The notes under the pieces: model-generated | What the model was told of the DNA's origin: nothing | Seen by the model: only the letters and a program-made list of their open reading frames with translations | The model's database searches: none | Assembly: GCA_030706025.1 (NCBI GenBank) | Contig: JAUZPJ010000001.1 | Span: forward strand, 1,122-65,121 | Length of the DNA stretch: 64,000 bases | Direction of reading: 5' to 3' | DNA from: Bacillota bacterium | GTDB lineage: Bacteria > Bacillota > Desulfitobacteriia > Desulfitobacteriales > Desulfitobacteriaceae | Part shown: positions 8,030 through 17,500 of the stretch, piece after piece | Layout of the letters: every line of letters begins with the position of its first letter | Numbering within the stretch: the first letter of the stretch is position 1 | Translations under genes and position numbers: made by a program

Positions 8030-9847
8030 ATGGCACAACTCAAAATTCCGCGTTTTGCCAACACCCAACGTGAGCTAATCTATTCCGATTTTTCTTCTGG
8101 TTTGAATTATAAAGATAATCCTTCATTGATCAAACCTAGTCAAAGTCCAGAAATGCAGAATGTTCGCATCCGTGATGGTACGGTAGGAAAACGCCCAGGT
8201 TACAAACGCCTATACCCTACTTCGCTTGGCACTGGACAAGTAAATGGAATTGGCATCTATCGCAAGGCTAACGGAACAACTTACCGGCTTATTTGTCATA
8301 GCACAAATATCTATACACAATCAGGAAGTTCACAACCTGTCCTATTAAAGAGTGGTATTGCAAACGCAAGGTCCGCTTTTTTTACGTTAAACGACAATTT
8401 CTTCATCCTAAACGGGGTAAACTTTCTTGTATACGATGGGTCTACATGCGCTGATGTTGTTGGATATATTCCAACGGTTTTAGTTGGTAGGAGTCCATCA
8501 GGGGCACCAAATGCAGGTACTATAAATGAGAAATTCAATCTTTTGAGTGCGGGATTTAAAATCTCGTTCTCAGCGGATGGAACCTCTACGACTTATGCGC
8601 TTCCATATACTAGCCTTGATGCGACGACCATGGTAGCTGTGGTCAATGGAGTGAATAAGGCAGAAACAACTGATTTTACAGTGAATCGCACAACAGGAGT
8701 AGTAACCTTTAATGTCGCCCCAACCACTGGCACAAACAATGTAATTATAACTGCTTACAAGGCATCCCTAACTCATCCTGAGTATATTAAGAACTGCACT
8801 ATTGCAACAGTTTATGGTGGTAAAACAAGTGCAACTGTATTTTTTTCGGGCAATCCCAACTTTCCAGACCAAGTATGGCACAGTCGCTTATATGGGAGTA
8901 ATTATTCGGCAGACTATTGGCCTGATGATGCTTGGCAGAAAGTACCCGGTAATGTTGCAGGACTAGCTCATATCTTTGACCTTCTCTATATTTCACATAG
9001 TAAAGGGCATGGATACTTTTCTTATGTAGATGGCACATCATACCCAATTTTCCCTTATGCAGACATAAACCTTGAGAAAGGTTCGGACATACCAGGAAGC
9101 ATTCAGGAAGTTGATAACACGGTTGTATGTGCTTCTAGTGTTAACGGAGTCCTGCAAGTCCTGAGTAATACGACAGTTAATAATCGTCTATCGGTCAATG
9201 ATGTCAGTGTTCTCATTAATAAAGCAGGAGTTGAGCGTCAGGACTTGGGCTTACTCCGTCAAGCTAATTTACAAAACGCAGTAAGTTACAATTTTGATAA
9301 CTATTACGGTCTGTGTGTCAATAACGTCTGTTATGTTTGGGATTATAAATCAAACGCATGGCTCTACGACACAAATATTCCTGCTTCATGCTTTGCGACG
9401 ATTGATAATACTCTCTGTTTTGGTAGTAATACTGACGGATTGGTCTATCAGTTTGATCCATTAACAATGAATGATGATGGGGTAGCAATAAATTCTTGGT
9501 ATACAACCAGAGAAGAAAATGCAGGAAGTCCAACTAGGATCAAGGTAGTAAATCGCCTTGACTTGATAGCTAAGCCAATGAATAGGTCCTCTGTGAATAT
9601 TCTCTTTCTTTCAAGGCAAAGCAACGGGGATATAACATTGCAATTACAGACAAATGCGTTCTGTTTTGTTAATTTCAACTTTTCCAATTTTACGTTTAAT
9701 ACGTCTTTTTTCCCTGTCCTTAAAAGAAAACGTGTCTCAAAACGTGCGAATTATTTTCAGTTCAAATTCAGTAACAACAATTTAAACGAGGGGATGAGTG
9801 TCATATCTCTCGGCGTTCAATTTGATCAAGGAAGCGAGATGAGATAA
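8030..9847 (+). CDS. Tail stabilisation / nozzle protein (P22 gp10-like beta-propeller)
   Basis: 605 aa; N-terminal FSSGLN...SPEMQNV...GTVGKRPGY pattern typical of podovirus stabilisation proteins. Confidence 0.7.
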   Translation: MAQLKIPRFANTQRELIYSDFSSGLNYKDNPSLIKPSQSPEMQNVRIRDGTVGKRPGYKRLYPTSLGTGQVNGIGIYRKANGTTYRLICHSTNIYTQSGSSQPVLLKSGIANARSAFFTLNDNFFILNGVNFLVYDGSTCADVVGYIPTVLVGRSPSGAPNAGTINEKFNLLSAGFKISFSADGTSTTYALPYTSLDATTMVAVVNGVNKAETTDFTVNRTTGVVTFNVAPTTGTNNVIITAYKASLTHPEYIKNCTIATVYGGKTSATVFFSGNPNFPDQVWHSRLYGSNYSADYWPDDAWQKVPGNVAGLAHIFDLLYISHSKGHGYFSYVDGTSYPIFPYADINLEKGSDIPGSIQEVDNTVVCASSVNGVLQVLSNTTVNNRLSVNDVSVLINKAGVERQDLGLLRQANLQNAVSYNFDNYYGLCVNNVCYVWDYKSNAWLYDTNIPASCFATIDNTLCFGSNTDGLVYQFDPLTMNDDGVAINSWYTTREENAGSPTRIKVVNRLDLIAKPMNRSSVNILFLSRQSNGDITLQLQTNAFCFVNFNFSNFTFNTSFFPVLKRKRVSKRANYFQFKFSNNNLNEGMSVISLGVQFDQGSEMR

Positions 9848-9848
9848 A

Positions 9849-11258
9849 TTGTCATTCACTACGAAAGATTCCTTCGTCTTTGATTTTGCGTCGCAAGTAG
9901 ATTATCCGAATTGGACTCCTGCTCAGACGAAACAGAATTTAAACGCTCGTGGCGAAGAATTAAGGTTAGCATTAAATGCCGTGGTTAATCTACTTAATTC
10001 TGTAAACTCAGGAGCGACAGGAGCGGATAATATTGGGGCGACTGCTCCAACCGGATTGACCGGGGAAACAGTTCAGGCGATTCTTAATTCCTTAAAAACT
10101 GCAATAGATGGAGTTTCGCTAGGTGCTATACCTGATGGTTCCTTAACGGATGCAAAACTTTCCCCTAACTCGAAGAAAACTATTCCTCCCGTGGTAACTA
10201 CAAATGTAGGTAATGCTTATTCTGTAACAGTAACAGGGATAACAGCATTAAGCGATATGTTGCCTTTATGTGTGAAATTCAATGCCGCAAGTACGGGAGC
10301 GATTACGGTCAACCTGAATAACTTTGGTGCGATAAGCGTTGTTGATTATTTTGGTAATGCGGTTACGAATGTCAGAACAAATCTTATTGCTAATTTACGG
10401 TATGATGCCGTGAATCAAAATTTTCAATTACAGGGTAAAGGAGGGGGTGGAAACGCAACTAAAGCACAATTATTAAATGGTGCAACGGCTACGGTAGATT
10501 CGGGACCAATTACAGGAGACATGCCAGAGAATGGGCCTTTGAATTATACGCCTTCTGCTTCTCCGCAAATTATACCGGAAGGACATACAACGGGTGGCAC
10601 TGTCGCTGCAGTAACATTTAATGCAGCTAAGGTTTTAAATGATACAACAATTGCAGGAACTAAAGGGACAATGGTTAATCAACCTGGAACAACTACAGCG
10701 AATAATTGGTATGCTGATGGTGCAGGAACCTTAAATCATTTTATACCTTATGGGGCATATCTGACAGATAGTGGAAGTGGTAGTGGAACCCCTAATGTGA
10801 AAGCATATGATCCTAATTTTATTCCTTCAAATATTCTTATTACTGCTAGAGTTTTTGGATTACAAGGAACTATGATTCCTTTTTCCAATGGTCTTATTGC
10901 GGGAAGCGCACAATATTTAAGTGATACTACCTCTTACAGTAGCACATCAACTTCTTGGACAAAAGTAGGCAAACGATACACTGTCAATTACTCAGGAAGT
11001 ATTCGCTTCTCATTTCAGGGATTCCAAACTGTTGTAGGGCAATTTCAGGTTTATAAAAACGGTGTAGCATTTGGAACATTAAGAAACGGTACTGCTGGTC
11101 AATGGGTTGCATGGACAGAGGATTATACATGTAATGCTGGTGACTATTTTGAAGTCTATGTTGCAAGTGGCACATCCAATGCAAGTTATCCTATTGTTAT
11201 ACAATATACGACGATTAGTTTAGGTAATATGTCTACTCCTGCGGTTACGGCTGTTTAA
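9849..11258 (+). CDS. Tail fibre protein
   Basis: IPDGSLTDAKL motif, LQGKGGGGNAT linker, repeated ITGxM / GTM fibre motifs. Confidence 0.75.
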   Translation: MSFTTKDSFVFDFASQVDYPNWTPAQTKQNLNARGEELRLALNAVVNLLNSVNSGATGADNIGATAPTGLTGETVQAILNSLKTAIDGVSLGAIPDGSLTDAKLSPNSKKTIPPVVTTNVGNAYSVTVTGITALSDMLPLCVKFNAASTGAITVNLNNFGAISVVDYFGNAVTNVRTNLIANLRYDAVNQNFQLQGKGGGGNATKAQLLNGATATVDSGPITGDMPENGPLNYTPSASPQIIPEGHTTGGTVAAVTFNAAKVLNDTTIAGTKGTMVNQPGTTTANNWYADGAGTLNHFIPYGAYLTDSGSGSGTPNVKAYDPNFIPSNILITARVFGLQGTMIPFSNGLIAGSAQYLSDTTSYSSTSTSWTKVGKRYTVNYSGSIRFSFQGFQTVVGQFQVYKNGVAFGTLRNGTAGQWVAWTEDYTCNAGDYFEVYVASGTSNASYPIVIQYTTISLGNMSTPAVTAV

Positions 11259-11276
11259 TAGAGGGAGGTGTAAGGA

Positions 11277-11783
11277 ATGCTTTATAAATATCAATATACG
11301 AATTCAACTGATCGACAACAAATTATTGACGGTAATGCGAATAAATCACTTATCGAGGAAGACAATATTGCCGATGGTAATTTTTTAGTATTTTCGGATC
11401 AAGTAATTGAAGGTGGCGACTTAGGGGTAGTAAAGTCGTTAAAAATATCCCAGATAAATAACCTTTACAATCAAAAACTTGCTGAAGGTTTTACCTCATC
11501 TGCTGGTGGAACCGTGGAATCTTTCGGATATACCCAATCTGACCAGATTAACTTCATGAATGCAGCATTAAAGGTACTTCTAAAAGGCACAACTGCTTTT
11601 CCTATAAATATCTACCAGAAAAATGGTGCGGCTGTTACTTTAGACCAAGCACAGTACAGTCAATTGGTTGATGACATAGCCGGATTCTTTGAACCTCTCA
11701 AGGAAAAACAACACGACTACATTACTCAGGTCAACGCTTGCACAACAATAGACGCAGTTAATGCTATAACGGTGGTGTTCTAA
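11277..11783 (+). CDS. Tail fibre assembly protein (DUF4376-like)
   Basis: Follows the fibre gene; DQINF and C-terminal INACTTIDAVNAI-type signature. Confidence 0.6.
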   Translation: MLYKYQYTNSTDRQQIIDGNANKSLIEEDNIADGNFLVFSDQVIEGGDLGVVKSLKISQINNLYNQKLAEGFTSSAGGTVESFGYTQSDQINFMNAALKVLLKGTTAFPINIYQKNGAAVTLDQAQYSQLVDDIAGFFEPLKEKQHDYITQVNACTTIDAVNAITVVF

Positions 11784-12004
11784 TGGGAAAGTATTTTTAT
11801 AATATCCTTATTGGAATTGACCAACTATGTAACACCATTCTCGGCGGTGATCCGGATGAAACAATCTCCTCAAGAATGGGTAAACACCTGGCAAAACACG
11901 ATTCTCCAATCTCAAACATCTTGTGAATGCTTCTTAATATGATCCAGGAGGATCATTGTGTCAAGGCGATCGAATCTGATAGGGGTAATAACGCAACTCT
12001 TTAG
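11783..12004 (+). CDS. 73-aa phage protein (GGDPDETISSR family) with in-frame UGA at codon 48: candidate selenoprotein, otherwise a pseudogene
   Basis: TAATG coupling; MGKYFYNILIGIDQLCNTILGGDPDETISSRMGKHLAKHDSPISNIL-TGA(11924-26)-MLLNMIQEDHCVKAIESDRGNNATL-TAG; hairpin 11939-11956. Confidence 0.6.
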
Positions 12005-12052
12005 AGAGGCTAACGACCTTTCTTTTCTTATGCTCGAAAGGTGGTCGATTGA

Positions 12053-13147
12053 ATGGCTACTGTAGCCGAACAATTAAGAGATGGAACTATGAGGACTAAT
12101 TATGATGTAACTGATAGAATGGCAAGAGATTTACAGGCTGCAAGTGATAGGGCAACGGCGGCCAATTCTTCTCCTGGAGACATTGGTAGGGGAGATAGGG
12201 ATTATAATTCAAGTTATGCATCCACTCAACCTGTAACTCCTACTTCAACTACGGCAGCGAGCACAACAGCATCCACTACTACCCCAGCAGTTGACTACGT
12301 TTCTCAATACAAAACTCAAGCAGATACCATTGCCAAAGCTTCTGCCGATGCCTTAAAGCCAGTTTATGATAATCAACTCCAAGCAACGATCAATCCCTAT
12401 AAAACTGCTCAAGCTCAGATACCAACACAAACAGCTTCATTAAATAATCAAGCATCTTCGCAAGGCATGGTCAACGCTCAACATATTCGTAACGCATTAG
12501 CACAAATGGGCCTTCTGCAATCAGGAGAATCGGCATCTCAACAACTAGCCAATGATACAGCGACAGCTAATAATATCAATGCAAATAACTTAGCAGCACA
12601 ACAACTTGATGCTTCGTATAACGATAAGATTGCGGCGGCAACAGCTCAGAACGCTCTTGATTATAACAATGCTGTAACTCACGCTTCTGAATTTGCACAA
12701 CAAATGGGATTATCCGAGGCTCAATTGGCGAATACAATCAATCAACAGGGAATTGATAATGCCTATAGGGACAAAGCCTTAGCTCAGTCTGCTTCTCAAT
12801 TTGCCCAACAATTAGGATTATCACAACAACAGTTTAATGCCGGATTATCACAATGGGCGCAAACATACGCGGCTAATCAGGCTCAAAACGCATTTAATAA
12901 TGGAATTGCTGCTTCAAACTTGACAGGATATGTTGCTCCGGTTGTGTCTAATTTATATCCGTCTACATCTTCGAATAACAAAGTTTCATCAAGTGCAAAC
13001 ACTTCATCTTCATCTGCTTCGTTACCTTCTTCCGTTGCCGCTATGTATCCAGGTGCCACTAATGTATCGTCGTTAGGAAATGGTACTTATAAATTTAACG
13101 ATTCTAGCGGAAATTCTGTTTATTATAATGCCGGGGTTGGGAATTAA
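12053..13147 (+). CDS. Internal virion / DNA ejection protein
   Basis: Ala/Gln/Asn-rich helical protein, first of three genes after the tail genes. Confidence 0.55.
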   Translation: MATVAEQLRDGTMRTNYDVTDRMARDLQAASDRATAANSSPGDIGRGDRDYNSSYASTQPVTPTSTTAASTTASTTTPAVDYVSQYKTQADTIAKASADALKPVYDNQLQATINPYKTAQAQIPTQTASLNNQASSQGMVNAQHIRNALAQMGLLQSGESASQQLANDTATANNINANNLAAQQLDASYNDKIAAATAQNALDYNNAVTHASEFAQQMGLSEAQLANTINQQGIDNAYRDKALAQSASQFAQQLGLSQQQFNAGLSQWAQTYAANQAQNAFNNGIAASNLTGYVAPVVSNLYPSTSSNNKVSSSANTSSSSASLPSSVAAMYPGATNVSSLGNGTYKFNDSSGNSVYYNAGVGN

Positions 13148-13199
13148 GAGAGTTATATTAAAACTCTCTTTTCCTATTTCTCAGAAAGGATGATGAAAT

Positions 13200-14516
13200 A
13201 TGGCTCTATATGGACTAGCTGCTGATGTTCAGGCAAATCCGGATCGAAACGTTCTTCTCTATACTCCTGGGAAAACACAATTAACTCCACAGGATGTATT
13301 TCTTGGTGGTCCTGGGACCGGAGTTGATGATAGTCAGCTTAACGGCGCAACAAGAATCTTCGGGAATGATGCTGCTGGAACTCGCGCTGCCCTTAGCCAT
13401 TACGAAGGTGATCTCGCTTCGCAGATTAAAGCGGCCCAGAATACCAATGCTGCTCCAAGGATAGATGCAAACATTGGAATGCCAACGATGGCTAGGCAAG
13501 CTATGGAGATTCAACAAGCTAAGGATAAGATTGCAAATGACCAAACTTCAGCTCAGTTAACGGGTTATTTGTACGGTTCACCGACAATGGCTCAAAAAAC
13601 GTATGATCATGGGGTAGCCCAAGATCAGTTTAATAATGGCATTACTGTTGGGCAATTAATGGGTAGTTACAACGGTTCCCCAACTTTGGCGCAGAAGGCA
13701 CAGGATATCCAAAATGCTCAATTCAGGGCAAGCCAAGCGCAAAATGAAAGTCAGTTCGGAAGGTCATTGGCTATTCAACAACAAAACGCAAATACAAGTG
13801 CTGGTATTTACCCTAATACAAGCACAAGTCCATATTCTTCATCGGTTAATAAGTATGCCGATCAGTATGGTGTGCCGGCTAATCTCATTGATGCGGTCAT
13901 TGGTCAGGAGAGTAGAGGGAATAATGGACTGACTAGTTCAGCAGGGGCAAGTGGATTAATGCAATTGATGCCTGATACTGCTAAGTCCTTGGGGGTTACT
14001 GACACTTCTAATGTGGATCAGAATATTATGGGTGGTACAAAGTATCTCAGTCAACAATTAAGTAAGTATGGCAGCACGGAATTAGCCTTAGCCGCTTATA
14101 ATGCAGGACCAGGAGCCGTGGATAATGCCATAAAACAAGCAGGAAGTACCAATTGGGCAGATGTATCTCAATATCTCCCGACTGAAACGCAGAAATATGT
14201 ACCTTCCGTATTAAATAGCGTTGTGACTTCTAAAGGAAAACAAACTGTAGGTCAAAAGGGAGATGACGCTACAGCTATGGCAATAGAAGCAATCCAGAGC
14301 CAAGCACCGAATATGACCAGAAGTGAGTTCGATAGTGCTATGACCAATATAAAACCTACATGGATCAGGGATGGTGCTAACCTTAAAGCTATTCAGGAAG
14401 CAATTGATAGTGCGGTTACTAAAGATGAGACTCCTGCTGCTATGGCCGCCGCAAAAGCAGCTAACGCAGCAGCTTATAACGCCAAAAAACAATGGTGGGA
14501 AGCGACTGTAAAATGA
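13200..14516 (+). CDS. Ejection protein with soluble lytic transglycosylase (SLT) domain
   Basis: AVIGQESRG, SAGASGLMQLMP and ALAAYNAGPG motifs. Confidence 0.9.
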   Translation: MALYGLAADVQANPDRNVLLYTPGKTQLTPQDVFLGGPGTGVDDSQLNGATRIFGNDAAGTRAALSHYEGDLASQIKAAQNTNAAPRIDANIGMPTMARQAMEIQQAKDKIANDQTSAQLTGYLYGSPTMAQKTYDHGVAQDQFNNGITVGQLMGSYNGSPTLAQKAQDIQNAQFRASQAQNESQFGRSLAIQQQNANTSAGIYPNTSTSPYSSSVNKYADQYGVPANLIDAVIGQESRGNNGLTSSAGASGLMQLMPDTAKSLGVTDTSNVDQNIMGGTKYLSQQLSKYGSTELALAAYNAGPGAVDNAIKQAGSTNWADVSQYLPTETQKYVPSVLNSVVTSKGKQTVGQKGDDATAMAIEAIQSQAPNMTRSEFDSAMTNIKPTWIRDGANLKAIQEAIDSAVTKDETPAAMAAAKAANAAAYNAKKQWWEATVK

Positions 14517-14550
14517 TTTTTTATTCAATTTCCTTATGGGAGGCGAATAG

Positions 14551-17500
14551 ATGGCTTACAACTTAATGGACTATACCAAAAATGATCAATTTAGTAATAA
14601 TAAATATGACCTAATGAAATATGCAAAAGCAAATGAAACCTCATATCCTTCATCTATGGCTGACTTCCGCAAGATTGAAGACACAACACCATTGCCTGAT
14701 ACCCCTCCCGTGAAACAACCTTCTCTATGGGATCAAATAAAGGTTGGAGACATCAAGGGACTGTCGAGTAGAATTCAACCCTTTCACGATGATATGCCTG
14801 ATTCATATTATCAAAATCAAGCTCCACCCATTTCACAATCTGATGCCACTCTTATTCAGCACAATCCTTCTCTATTAGAAACGCTGGGAAATTCCCTGAG
14901 CGGTATCGGTAAGGCTTTTAAATCAGGGGGAGAAAATTCCCCCTTGGTTACCGGTCTTACGAAGGCATTTCTTGGGGATCAATACAATTCAACACCAACA
15001 CCTACTCCATATACCCCACAAAACATTCCTGAAAGTATTGCGTCAGGCATAGGTGAACAGGCGGCAGAATGGCCTTTGTGGATGGCAGGCGGTGCATTAT
15101 CGAAGGGATTAATGGGTGCAGAGAAGGTAGCACCAATAATAAGTAAATTACCAGGCTTAGTACAAACTGGAATTGACGCAGGTTTAACTTATGGTGGAGC
15201 GGTCGCTCCTATGGAAACAGCTTTGCAAGGTGATGGATCACAAGGACTAATAGAGCGTGAAAAACAGGTTCCTGCATTTATGTTAGGAGGCGCGGCATTA
15301 CATGGCGCAGGGCAATTAATAGGCAAAGGTATTGAGGGAGTAGGCAACTACCTTGCTGACCGTAGATTAGGAGAATTAACCCAACCATTAGGTGAAGCAG
15401 TACAGAATCAATTCAATGCTCCTTCTCTCCATGATGTTCAATTAGCTAATCCCATTACGCGCTCAGTTCAACGTAGTGCAGACTTGGGGCCTCTTAGAAT
15501 AAGCGATACTCTTACTCCTGAATACAAAGCAAAGCAAGCTGAGTTAAACGATGTATTTAAAAATAAACCACTCGCTGAACAACCCCTTAATCCGGTTACT
15601 AATACTACATTACAGCAGAACATTGATAACAGTTTAGGTATTGGAAAGTCTACAGAGCAATATCAGGGCTTAGATGTGTTTGGAAAACCTCTTCAAAGTT
15701 ATAAGATCAATAACGATACGCAGAATGCCATTGCTGAGATTTCATCTAAGATGGATCAACAAGTTCAGGATATTGCTTCAAGTCTTAAACAAATGGATAA
15801 TCAAACAAGGGTTGGCAGTATTCGAAATCAAATTAAGGATTTGGGTGGAATATCGCAAGGTAATCCAAATATCTTTGAGGAACAAAAAGTAATTCCAAAT
15901 TGGATTAGAAATAACATTACCGGAAGACCTTTAGATGAGGTAGCGGACACCCTTGGAATGAATTCAGACGAACTATTAGCTGCTATAAGCGATTCTGCAT
16001 ACAAACCAAGGGATTATGTCACCGAGGCCTACAGGATAGCTCACAATGACCCCGAGTATCAAGCATTGAGTAATACGTTGGATACACTAAAGAATGAGTT
16101 ACCCGGGAAGAAAACGCTTCAAGAAGCTATTCCTAAACATGATGGCATTATGACTAAAGCGGATATTAATCTGAAACCAAGAGAACTAACTTCTAAGTCC
16201 GAACAATTGCCAAATGAGCAACTGAAAGGTCTTTCATTATCTGGTAACTTGCCAGTAGATGAACCATTGGCTAGACCCGTGAAGAAATTACAGCCCGTAA
16301 AAAGAGAACCTTTAACTTGGACCAATAGGGATAATATTCCCGTTTCTAATACCGAATCGATTAAGCCGATGCCTGAACAGACGCTGGAAGAAGCTTTAAA
16401 GAGTGGGGATAGTGGGCCGCAAACGATTACTTCGAATGAGACTGTTCCTGCGCCAATTGGAGAACCAAAGCTTGCTACGGAACAACCTTCCATTAACCTC
16501 GCTGATACTAAGATACCCGATACTTCAATTCAACCTTCGGTGGATGATAATACTTTCTGGAACAAGATTAAAAGCGCGTTAGGTTGGAAGGGTAATGTTA
16601 GTGTATTACAAAATGGTATTAAAACAGGTAAGGTAGATATTGGAGAACTTCCAGTAGAAGATCAATCTCGTATTAAGATGAATCTCCAAATGTTTGCAAA
16701 ACCAAATGAATATGTAGATACCAAGCCAATAGATATCAATATTGGAAAAAGTGACAAGCAAACTGCGATTGATACTAGACAGGGGTACGTCGGAAAACTC
16801 AATAAACAAATAGTCACAGGTAATCAGTTAAGAGATACGATGCAACAACTTGCACCAAAGGAACAGGAAGGGATACAACTCTTCCTTGATGCTGGTGGAG
16901 ACATAAATCATCTTAATGAAATGGCCAATAATCCCGATCCTGTGCTGGATAGTTTTATTCCCAATACCAAGACAACGTACATAGAAGCATATAATCAAGC
17001 CCTTAATCTTTCTCCAAATGCTCACAAGGCCGCAGAAATGGCTCAGAAGTATTATGAGGAATCAGGAAAGTATGCCTTAAATACCGGATCAACGAGAAGC
17101 ATCATTGAGAATTATGCTAATCGTATGTGGAAACAAGAACCAAGTGGGAATGTTAAAACAGAGGTTAGGCAACCCGGTCTTAATCCTTTTACATCTCACT
17201 CCAAGCAAAGATTCTATGAGACAATGGGTGAAGGTATTTTAAACGGCAAAGAACCTGCTACACTGAATGCCGGTGATCTACTTAGTATTCACAATCAAGA
17301 AATGGCGAGAGCGAATACAAATAGGGAATTAGCTAAAGCATTAGAATCTAAGGGACTAGGAGTATACCAATTTGAGAAACCAACTCAAGGATTTACTGCA
17401 ATCGATAGCTTAAGCAGGGATATACCAACAATGCACGATGGCAAACCGGCTATAATTCGTCAAAACTTTGTTATTCCTGATGGTATAGCTAAGGGATTGC

